A DNA stretch of 64,000 nucleotides, from NCBI GenBank assembly GCA_905178155.1, contig CAJINV010000004.1:2854460-2918459 (forward strand), given 5' to 3'. Below, one piece after another: positions 38,168 through 49,800 of this stretch. How positions within the stretch are numbered: position 1 is the first letter of the stretch; the number at the start of each line of letters is the position of its first letter. Position numbers and translations under genes: made by a program. Source of the DNA: Amoebophrya sp. A120 (taxonomy: Eukaryota; Protista; Dinoflagellata). The notes beneath the pieces were generated by a model. It was given only the letters and a program-made list of their open reading frames with translations, was not told where the DNA came from and ran no database searches.

Positions 38168-39495
38168 GCTCCTTCTCAGTATAATTTACTTGTTCGGCTG
38201 CCAGGTGATAATTTAGCTTTCTTTTAACGTGCGTCTATGCCTGATTCGGCATTGGCCACTGGGTATGATATTCATCATCTCCAACGAATTATGCGTCGAC
38301 AATCTTCAAGTCCAATACTTCTAATGACTGAATCGCCTCAACTATCATTAAAATATGGCGTCCAATATGGTGTTGATACAGCCAACATTACGATGAGCTA
38401 AACCTCGAGGGCCCAGGCCTAACAAAAAAAATGACAAGAATCATCAATGAAGTGGCCAAAAGCACCAGTCGCTGTCGCAAAAAAAATCACACACCATCAC
38501 AAACCTGGACTTGTGACATTTTGAGTAGAATCAGAATCACTCTACTAGACAAAGAGGGCCGGCTCTCGCTGAATTTAAATGAACTTCTCTGTGCTTTACG
38601 GAGATCTTCTTCAAGAACATGAGCAAAGGCATGAAACAACGTCGATCTTCCGGACAGACAATGAAAAAACGATCGGTGTTTGTTTTGATATACTGCAATT
38701 CTGCTCTTTTGCTCAGATTTTCGGGTTCGGAACTTCACAATCACAATCACAAAAACGATTGGCCGAGCAACTCATTTCTTTCTTGAATGTGTTAATAGAT
38801 TGATCTTTGAGGTAGATGTGCCGCCGAGCACCTAATATTGCGACGAAAAACTTCAGCTTCACTCTCGTGAACGCGAAGCAATATGGTCCTTGGTCTGTCG
38901 TGCAGCACATGTATATCTAACGAGCTTAAAGTCACAGCCGCTAGTACGTTAGAAACCACTCAAAATTTGATTTGGTGAGGGACATGCAGCTCCCACCTGG
39001 TCTAGAAGTCGCGATAGTAGTTCACGTTTATTCACTTTCGTGGTTCATTTTGTGCCTCTTCGGCAACGAGGACTCCGACGACCAGGATTACATGATCCAT
39101 ATCAAGGCTTGTCGTGGTCGGCATCGGTCGTCGAAAAAGACGAAAAATTAAGTAACAAACAACTATCCGCAGAGCGGCCTCAGAAGTTTTGTCATTTGTG
39201 AAGGCTGTTTTCTCGAGTTCTCCTGGTGCGGTCTACGAATTAAAATAGCGCACAAAGTTCAAGAAGACCCAGAGAATTCATTCGGTGTAGCTGGAAATCA
39301 TCATATTTTGATTTTCGTCGAAAAGGAAGTCGTGCGGCACCAGCACCACGCACAGTCACCGACCGCTGGTAAGCGTGAAATCGTCCGATGAAGCGGATGC
39401 CGCTGGTCCTGGAGGAGGTGATCTAAAACTGCATGTAAGACTTGACTCGCGGCTCCTCCGCATCTTGATTGGTGGCATCACCCACCGACCGCGAC

Positions 39496-42400
39496 TCAGT
39501 AGGCAATCCCGGTGTGCATGTAGTAGTCGATCATGGTGACCGTTTCGCGGAAAAAAGCCTGCAGCAAATAGCCCACACAACCCCCGAGCAGAATCCCGAA
39601 GGTGACAGAAAAGTTCGTGATTTGCCCGACCATCTCCTTCGCTTTTGTACTCGTCTGCGTGTTGGTGGCTTGGAGGAAGATCGTTGTGGACAGGTAGCTA
39701 TGCACTGCAAAAGTATCGTGGTACTAGTATAAATTGCATTACAAATTTTTCCAAGAACAAAAATGCAATTTGTCATGCTATTTCAGGTAGAGAGTTGGAT
39801 TTGTCATGCATATCTGCAATTAGTACGAGTACAATACTTTTGCACAGGATAGTAGCCGTTGGTCACTGCGAAAACACCGGCGAGAAACTGTGTGGTGCAT
39901 TGAAGTTGAACATCACAACAACAAAAAAGCTTAATACAGGTTTGAACTTGATAATGCCGTGTCTTTTACATGTACGAAAGAATCTCCCCAAATCAATGCA
40001 ACAAAATGAATCTGATTCCCGTTATTTTCCGAATTCGACGGGAAAAACCCGTAAAAAAAAGTACAAATTTCCAAGGCAGCCCCACGTTTTCTTCGTTCTG
40101 CGCGAGGAGTAAAAGCAGCGGGATGAAGGCAATCCTCAAGACCGACAAAACCGCAATGGGTTTTTTCCGGGTGGTGCGCAGGAACTCCACATCCGGGCTT
40201 TTCCGCCCCACCACGTCGAAGATCTGATATCCAAGAAAAAAACATTGTAGGTGTAACTTTTTTGGAGGAACAGCATTACAAATCTGTCTGGCATGACAGC
40301 AGAAACCTGTCATGCGCAGATTGTACGTGAAAACGGTCTTTGATGGAACCTACATGGCATGACAAGCATGACAGACGCAATCAATTTGCATGCTGCGCAT
40401 CACAAATTTACACTAACAGCGTTTTTTTCTTTGATATCTGAAAGGTGCCGATTAGTAATTGACCGAGAAAATCGTCCTTCGGGCAGAGTTATCCTGTGTA
40501 AAAGTATCGCACTCGTATAAATGCAAGTCTTGCATTACAAATTTTTTTCGTAAGGTAAATCCGCATTACAGATTTTATTTCTCACGCTGAGGAAATTTCT
40601 CATGCATTTGTACGAGTACGAAGATGCTTTTGCAATGCATAAGAGTTGCACGAGCGGTCCGGGAAACAGCGCGAAGGTTGTGACGTAGCAAAGAAACAGC
40701 GAGAATTGGTAGCTCCGAATCCGCGGCCAGACGGTTCGGAGGAGAGAGGTTTCTTCTTGGGCGACTAAGTTATAACGTCGCTCTTCTTCCTCGTCTGGCG
40801 TGCTATAACTGTCTTCTATTTCACTAAAAGCCTGTTCAGCATCTGCTTCCTCTCGATGAAGATCAGCCATAACGAGCGCCCCACTCTGGACGGTGCTGTG
40901 AGGTTCTAAATGACCATCTTCCACTTGTTGTGGGGTACCATCCTGAACATCATGATCAGTTGTCTTTTCTTGCTGACCGTGATTTCTTCCACTCCCTGCT
41001 CGCAGATCTCCTGTAATTTTTCGAATTCCTTCCCGTTGCCCGAAATACTGCAATCCGTTTTTGTGCACCAGGTTCTTCTATGAATTGCAAAAGTGTCTGG
41101 GTCTGGAAACTTGTGATGCTGGGTGGCGTATCATCAGGAGGCCACAAGTGCTGGCTCAGCATGACAAGTTTCTGAGCTTCTAGGTGTTGCCTATTCTCCA
41201 TGACAGACTGCGTTTCTACACGACAGAAAAATGGGTCTCTTGGGTACTGTGCATGACAGATATAGGAGTCATGCGAAACAAGCATGACAAACGTGCATTC
41301 TTCCAGACCCAGATATTTTTGCATCTGATATCTTCAAATGCGGCTGCTTCTTGAACACCAGATACAGGCCGTGGCAGGACAGCCACAGCACGAAAGCCAA
41401 AAGCAGCAAGTAGATGAACGTGAGCACCTTGCTCAGCGGGATGAAGGACAGAGAGCCGCCGACCAAGCCGGCCAGCCCCTGTCCCGTGCTGGTCGCGACC
41501 AGCACCTCCACGGCGCCGAGTCCCGCGGACAAACCCACGATCTGGGTGCAGAAGACTGACCCGAAGAAGTTGCAGAACAACAGACAAACAACGGTCAAGG
41601 TGAAGGACCGGAGCGCGATCGCGACGAGGAGACAGATCAGCGAAACGCACATTCCGTACAGGCTGCCGTACCAGCGCAGTTCGAACGACGTGAAAAGGTC
41701 GCGCCAGAAGGATTTGCTGGAAAACATGCGGGACTTGAGGGACGGGGGGAGGGCGAAAGTTTTAATTTCTCGGGGGGAAGGTGAAGGAGCGGCACGACGA
41801 ACTGTGGTCATTCTTTCTTCCTGGAACTGATCCCCAAACGAAATCACGTGGTCCTGCTCCGAGGCCGTGTGAAGGTCCGCACTAGGGGGCTCCAGCATTT
41901 TATTATTCCGCTCGGCAACGCCATCGAGGTCGACGTCTCCCCTGGCGCCGCGAAGGGGAACAACGTCAGTCACTCTACTAGTGCGGCTCCCATGCGGACT
42001 GGCGGAAGCTGCAATGTTGACGACAGGCGGATGAGAATTTTTTACCTCTACTTCCCGACCAAAGTCGGCTTGTAAATCCACCTCCGGCGAAGAACAATCT
42101 TCAGAAGACTCATCTTCGGAGGCGTCACTGCATTCATCTTGCTGTTGTGGCGTGCACGGTCGAGGAGTGCGGTCGTCACCGTCAGTAGCTGAAAGAAGGC
42201 GCTTGCTCATCTTCGCTGATTCATTTCTCGTGTCGGGTTCATCTTTCATCCCCGCTGTCCTCTGCTCATCCTCTGTAAAACCACCGGCAGCCTCTTGACC
42301 AGCAAGCCCCTGGTGCCCGCCCACGGCAGCTGCAGTTGGAGGCCTTCTGCTCCTCCGCTTTCTCCGCTTCATTTTCGCGGGTGTCCCGGCCTGCGTTTGG

Positions 42401-45400
42401 CGGGGTAGCGGTGGCTGAAGCCGCTGGGGAAGGGTGGTAGCGCCCTTGTTCGGCTTTCTTGTTGGACTGGCTTGATCCTCAGTATCATTGACAGCGCCAA
42501 CACCTTCTTTTGCTGAAGATGGCTCAGCAGGAGCCTTGCTCCCGTGCTCGTCGTGCTCTACCACTTGCAGTACATCGACGACCTCACAAGTTACACCTTC
42601 GGCGAACACTTGTTCTTCATCTCGATCCCCACTCACCCTGCGCCGTGGCGGCGTGGCCTGCAACTCAATCATCGATCCGGCAGCAGCTTCTTCTTCGCCA
42701 GTGCGTTGTCTTGTTTTACTGTTTCTGTGTCCGCGCAAAGCCCCCGAGGCCTCTGTGTCCGAAGTGGATTTCGACGCAGAAGAGCTGCTCGAGGAGGAGG
42801 AAGCCGACGACGAGGACGACACGCCAGACCATTCTTTACTCGAAGACGACGCAGTGGCCGCAGCTCCGTCACCCGTGGTAGCACAACTTGAGGAGCTCGA
42901 GCCAGAGCTGGTTGTCGCACTTATTTGCACTTCCGGCCCACGACCTTGTGGCGGTACCTCTACCTGCTGTTCTGCCGCGCGAAGAATCACGCTGGTCTTC
43001 TTCCTTTTCTGTTCGTCAATGGCCGCAGATGAGAAAAAAGTCTGCTCGGACAAGGACGAATCGCGTTCGGATTTTGGTTTTATTGCACGAGAAACTACGC
43101 CGGAAGCTGGAGGTAGTACTGCACCTACTTCATCCACCTCCCAGTTGATCTCCTCTGGAACGACCACGCAGGTAGACCGAGGTTTCGGAAGGACTTCCAA
43201 GTCAACAACGTCTTCACCGCTGCCATTGTTCCTTCCGTGGGCGGTGGGTCCTCCTGCACGACCACTAGATAGATGTCCAGCATCGCCTTCGCCGCTTGTC
43301 CACCGCTTGGTCGCTCCTCCGTGTGTCGGCCCCTTCCACTCCCACCCCTGCAGTAAGATCGTGACGCAACTGCCGAACAGCATGGCGAAGCCACTGATCA
43401 CGCCGAAGAGGAAGAGCAACTCTTCCCCCAAATCGTCCGTGTTGCGGAAGACTTTGTGACACAAAAACGGCAAGAGAATCAAGGTGATGTTGTAGGGTAA
43501 TAACGTTTCCAGGCCCAGGAACAAGAAAAGCCCCCGCGTACTGCAATTGATTCCCAACCGGAGCTGGCACACGTTATCGTCGGATAGTGATGAAACAGGA
43601 AGGCCGGCGCAGTCCTCGGGAGGCAGTGGTCGTGCCGAAGGAGCTCCTCTGTGACCTGTTGAAGCTCGTGCCGGAGGCGGCGAAGTCGTGAGTAGCGGCA
43701 CATGCGCTCCTCCCAATGATCTTCGATTCGATACAGCGAGGTTTTTGCCATCTACCTCCTCGTCGTGGTTTCCCGGTAGGCGCAGCCCATCGTTGCACAG
43801 TTCAAAGGTTACGGGACCGGGCGGGCGGGATGGCTGGATAAAAACGGTACGGCTACTGGCTCCCGTGCAGCTTTCTTCAGCGCGACTATTTCCTGCTTCG
43901 TCTAGAAGAGCAGCGGAACGCGATGCGGACGATAACGCTGATGATTCGGGAACAGACTGTCTGCCCGTGATTCTAGCAGCCGCCGGTCCGGCACAAACAT
44001 CCGCTCCAGAATCTTGGTTCGCGCTGGACGGAGCTGTCTTCAGATGTTGATCTTGCGCGATGCTTTCGCCAACTGCAGCCTCTTCAACCAATGTAGTCCT
44101 ACTCCCTTGAGGGTACGACCGTGCGCCAGCGCTGCTTGTCCCCTGCAGCTGCACGGTAGGACTTCCATTTGCTGCAGCGGCCGCTGCGTCCCCTGTGCCA
44201 CCAGAGGACTCGAGGTGTTTGGTAGTTGACGACGAAGCAGCAGCAGTACCTGCCTTCACGGCTGGCGTTGAGGAACAAGATGCGGAGGATGAAACGGAGG
44301 CGGGAGCTTTGATGTCCTCTCGTGCAGGAGTTGTAGTCGGCGGAGTCTGAGTCGTTGGCGCAGCTGCTGGTGCTGCAACTTCTACATCTGGTCGTCCACT
44401 AGACGGAGAAGAGGACCTACTTGCAGCAGAAGCAGATTGAGAAGTTCTCTGGTGTGGCGTAATCGCTGGACCATGAGCAGTTGGGCTCCTTTCCTTCGAA
44501 ACACAGGCAGTTGATGAGGCCGCTCTATCAGCCACGACGGGAGCGGTAACGGCTCCTCCGCAGTCGGGAGCGCCTGTAGTAGTCGTTCCAACAGGTGGAA
44601 CTATAGGTGAAACTACCGCATCAACATCCTGCGGAGCTGCAGAAGCGTCTGTACTGCTTCTGCGTTCTTTCTTCTCCGCCCCAAATTTTGGCAAATTAGT
44701 ACCGGCACAACTTGAGGTAGTGCTAGGAGAAGACGTTGCAGGTGCGGTCTTCTCGCCAATTAATGGGGCTCCTTCATGATCCGTTTTCGTCCTCCCGGCA
44801 GAACCTGCGTCTTCCTCTTTCTCGAACGCTTCAGGCGGCGCAAGTACGTCGACCACTGCGGCTGATGTGCCTTCGACGTCGTCCGTTTCTTTCGTATTTC
44901 CATCTGCAACTACGCAACTATCGCGAGGACGACCCGAGTTTTTTCTCTCGACGCCCGCTTCTTGTTTCTCCTCCTCGAGGACCGCGGAAGGACTTGGTTG
45001 ATCTTCTTCTTCGCCTCCTGGAACGTCGTTGACGGAACTGTCAACGCCACCTCCTGGTCGTGTTGTGGTAGTCTCCGCAAGTACTGCGGCTTGACTTTCT
45101 ATGGGATCCAAATTCATTTGCGTTGACGAGCCAACATTGCCATCTACGGGAGGCGAAGGCACGAGGGCCGCCTCTTCTGCTGGTGGCAGGTCGTTCACAG
45201 CAGCGGCAGCCTTCTCGACGTCCTTCTCCTTGCTAATATCTGCATCTGCTTCTGCAATAGAAACACGGACATTTGGATCTCCTTTCACTTCATCGCTTTC
45301 TGGTGCTGCCGGAACATCTTTTATCTCTCCTTCAGTTCTAGCTGAGGATGACGCTGCTGGAGGCGCGGTTGCAGAAACGGGCACTGTGCCGTCAGCAGGA

Positions 45401-45549
45401 GATGCGGATGAACGCGGGCGGCCCCTGCCCTCTTCTTGTTTGATCCCGTCATGATCTTCTGGTGCGCCGGTAAGGGCCACTCTCTCGTCCTCTGACGGCC
45501 CGTCCTGTTCGTCAACAGCAACAGGACCGTAGTTGGCCGCGGCCATCAT
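39496..45549 (-). CDS. Equilibrative nucleoside transporter (SLC29/ENT) with very long low-complexity N-terminus and loops
   Basis: FLGLETLLPYN (TM1), STGQGLAG, LFLCYVTTFALFPG, IFDVVGR, LRIAFIPLL, FAVTNGYLST after removing introners at 41079, 40490, 40228 and 39699. Confidence 0.85.
39699..39851. mobile_element. Introner, family A
   Basis: DR gtagc/gtagc; joins TNGY|LST. Confidence 0.9.
40228..40436. mobile_element. Introner (tatcMaagaaaaaaac TIR)
   Basis: DR tctga/tctga. Confidence 0.85.
40490..40641. mobile_element. Introner, family A (reverse of 15335/30639)
   Basis: DR agagt/agagt. Confidence 0.9.
41079..41330. mobile_element. Introner, family B (252 bp, reverse of 19060)
   Basis: DR tcttc/tcttc. 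Confidence 0.9.
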
Positions 45550-46877
45550 GGACCGATCTGTATCTGCTCCGTCGTTTATTTTTTTGTGAGTAGAGCGCGT
45601 GCGCGACTGGGACTGCTGTGAGCTGGTCGTGGAGAGAAGTAGTTTTGGTTTTGCTCTTCAGGATGCAAAAATCCTGGAATTCATTTCAACTACACTCTCA
45701 AAAGAACCAGAAGCCTTGCGTTCTCGTCGCATAACCGTGCGTCCCGCTTTTCATAACTCGGATGAATGTGTTGAAGGGACGACGAGGAAAGGGATACCAC
45801 TTGATATGCGGAATGATTGTCACGAACTGGAACAACAATTACACCTTCGAGATGCAGTGTGGAGGTCCAGCACAGCAGCGGCGCTACAGGCCGCAACACA
45901 GACTCACTGCCGTGTCTTTCTATATCATGTGAGTATAATGTGGTCATTCAAGTGCTAACACATCCATCCGGCAGTTAAGATCGAAATTCAATCATCTGTT
46001 CCGATGTACAATCACTAGTAGCGCGCGCCATAATAATTTTGTCCCACCTGTGCATTTTGTTCATTATCTTCACTGTTCGTCTGCGTCCACTGCCATAATT
46101 AGAAAACGGCGAGTGATCATCTCACTGTGCCTACGCCGGGTTTCTCTTTCATCTTCAATAAAAATTGACTACTTCCATCGGGTTTGCGACGATGAGAACG
46201 AGTACTCATCGAAACATTTTTTCGTCTTTGTCGTTGGTAATTATGGTATCATGCACGAAGCAATTGAAAAACCCTGTATCACTCTTGCGGCTGACGCTGA
46301 AGATTATATTAGCAGCTAAACACTATTCATAGTTTTAGTTTTTTCTGTTCGAGAAAAATCATTATTCTTGCAGTATTTTTCCACTATTCCCGAGTTGTGT
46401 TGAGACGTCGTCACACTCTGCGTCTGCAACGCCGTGTAGGACGAAGACGATCGTCCGTTTCGTGGAATGGTGTGGCGTGGTCAACGTGATAGATGCTGCA
46501 AGGAGCATATGATGATGAATTCGTGATAAAATTGAAACTCGCTCTACTATCTTAAAAGACCTTTATGCTCCGCTGCCTGCAGTTTCATCACGAGTTCCTT
46601 TCCATTAAGTCGCTATGTTTAGCAAGTGAAAAAAACATCCAAAAGACAGTTTGGCCCTGGACGCGAGCCGCGAGGCAAATATCCTCATACTTTGGCAGAA
46701 AGGAGCCGCCTAGTGAAAACTTGCAGCACACCAAGATGCTTTCCGGTACTGTAGTTGTTGTAGCCATGATTTTCACTCTTGCGGTGAGAAATTGTTTCAA
46801 ACGTATACATTCCCGTCCCCATCCTGTAGCTCTTTTTACCGTCGCATTTCCAATGCTTCGCCGTCAGCATGATCTTC

Positions 46878-49800
46878 TCATTCCGAATCCGGTTTGTTTC
46901 GTCCCCCAGTTAATATGCTAAAAATTCGCTGTGTCTCCTCTTCCGACGCAAACAATTGCTCTGCCGGCCTTGCTTTCGCCGCCGTACTGGAGGAGGATGG
47001 CGCTATGGGTTGCGGTGGCGCAGGAGCGGAAGTTGTGGGGAGATCGGAACTATTCTGCATAATTTGGTCTCCAACTACACCAGCAAGAACACTCGGAGTA
47101 CTACTAGTACCACCCGCTTGCTGTTTTCGGGGACTTTGCGAACTTTTCCGAAGTTCTGCCTGAATGCGGGTTACCTGGTGCGCCAAAATCCGCTCATCTT
47201 CGCTCAAGCGCAACGCTGCGGCAGGGCCACTCGATGTCGCCTTCGCGGCTTGGCGCTGTTGATAAACCTGCTGCTCCGGTGGATACGCGACCTCGGCGGA
47301 AGATGAACCTTGAGCGTGTTGCTGCATCGTCCGTGAGGACGCGGTTCTTGACGGCGCTGGTGCACCATAGCTGCTCATAATTTGATGCGACGACGTTGGC
47401 TGTTGTATCGTTGAGAAGAGAAACGGGTCTTCGTTCTGGAAAGACAACTCCACACTGGCGGTCTTTTGCGAAGACGACGTCGACGCGCGGAGCTGCGGCT
47501 GCGCCAGCAGAGACTGCAAAGCAGTGCTGTAAAATCGCTCGTACTCCGTGCTCGACTTCAGCTGCTGTTGCTGTTGCTCTCCCGCGGCCAGCCCGGTTGT
47601 TGCTGTGGACGCCTTGGACCCACCCCCTGAGAAATCCGTGGCTGCTGGAAGGCCAACCGTAACATTCGCAAGCGGCGGTTGTAGTTCCGCGCTCGCTCCA
47701 CTGGCGAACAAAAACGGGGACTTCGGTTGGTGTTGTACTGCGAAACTTGCACTGCTGCTCGATGCCGGCACGGAGGTGGGAGAGGTCGTGGCCCCTCCTG
47801 CTGTACCAAAAGGACCAGCTGCTGCTCCAAATAAACTAGAACTACTGTTCGTAGTTCCGACGAGACCACTTCCAGCTGCACTCGCGTTGTCTTGCGTCAT
47901 GCGCTTCCGGAGGGAGTCCAGTTCCGCCATGTTTTGCAGGTGCAAAGCCCGGAGCTGGTCCGATTCGTAGGTTTGTAACTCTGCCTCCCCGCTTATCCAC
48001 AGCAAATTTTCCGTGCACGACGTCCAAATGCAGTCTCGCCTTCAATCCTAGTCTAGCATGACAAGTTGGACACTGCAAGTTAGCGAAATTTGTCATGCAT
48101 TTTGTACATGTACGGGAAATTTACATTGCATACCGCTTTCCCAGCGCTGCTCGTAGAAATTTGAAGGACCAGAACCTCCTGGTGCAGGCTGATGTACTAT
48201 ACCAGAAGTACTAGCCCCGGCCACGTCAAACCTAGCGGCGGTCGCAAACCCGGTGACGCCCGCTCCCCGCAGAACCGGCGGGGACAGCGACCGCGCGGGC
48301 GAGATTGACCCTCCACCACCTCCGAAAATTGACGTTGCAGTCGTTGTCCCTCCAATTACTCCGCCGTCGCGCGACGTCCGCAGCAACGTACCCTCCACGA
48401 CTTCCCGCTCGCGGCTGGCGGCGTTTTTTATGGAGGAGACCCGTTTCCCTATTCCCTATTCTATAAAGCGTTCTATAATACAGCGAGGCACTTTGCACGA
48501 GATTCAGCTTAGGCCACTGGAAGGCAATGCCTCTCTTCACGCAGGATAGGCGTTGCGGAGCCGTGGCAAAACTTGCGATGATACAGTTCGCAATCCAGAC
48601 CTTCTGGCGCATGCCGGACAAGCATCACAAAGCGCTACACTTTTCCAGACCCAGACCAACCCGCGCGAGGGTCTGCGCGAAGGTCCGCGCGACACCATGT
48701 CCAACTATGGAGACAATTTTGGGACCGACCTATTGCCGGTTTCCCAAAATTGTCTCCATAGTTGGAAGGGGGGTCGCGTTTGACCCCTCAGTCAAGTCTG
48801 GAGACAATTTTGGGAGGCCGAATTTTCTTTGCGTTTCTATAGGAGCACTTTTGCCACAGTTGCGCTGACAGTCCCCAGCTAAAAGCGCGACCCCCTTTGG
48901 CTTCTCTTGCTCCCACCATAGCTCAAAAACAGAAACCAACAGGCGCCAAACTCAAAGCCCCCAAACGGAGACACTGAGAACTCAACAAAATGGGCAGGGT
49001 CCAAAACATTGGAAAAAGTGCCGCGCCATTTGCCAGCGATTTTGCCTTGGGACGCTGCCCACACACGGAAAGTCGCAGCGCCGCAATAGCTTCCCAGCCT
49101 GATGCCAGTCGTCGGCCCTGCCGGGTCTTCGTCGCTTCTGCCGGCCTACCGGATCGCGCCTGGTCGCCATTACCCCTCCGGGGCTACCTCTCAGCCCCAG
49201 GGGATCAAAATTTTTGAATTTGGGATCCGGAGACAAAATTCCCGTTAGTACGCGACGTCCGCAGCAACGTACCCTCCACGACTTCCCGCTCGCGGCTGGC
49301 GGCGTTCTTTATGGAGGAGACCCGTTCTTCCAGCTGGGCCAGGTTGTTCTGCAGCTTCGCTTCTAGCCACTCAATGTCCTGCAACGATTTCCACACGACA
49401 GGGTTATTATCTCCAGCACCGTTTGGTCGGCTCGTCGCGGCACTGATTGATCGCGCTGGCGACACGCCCCCGCGCAGGTAGGAGGACGAGGAAGCTGCTC
49501 CTGCGGCAGCGGTAGATGAAGTTCCACCAACGACTCCGGCTCCTGATAAGGTCCCGTAGTTCGGGGACCATGCGTCTTGCATCACGACGTCCCGGGAGGA
49601 CGGGGACGGCCGCTCCAGCTGGTGGTGTTGAAAATCAGTGTTCATAATTCTCGAAGACGTTGTTGACGATGCGAGAAGGGAATTCACCGTCACTGCAGGC
49701 TGCTTGTTTTTATCTACTGCTGATGCGTCGTTCACCTCGCGCAAAACTTCTTGGATGTCGGGGAACAGCTGCAGGTCGACTACAAAGCATCAAATGCAAA

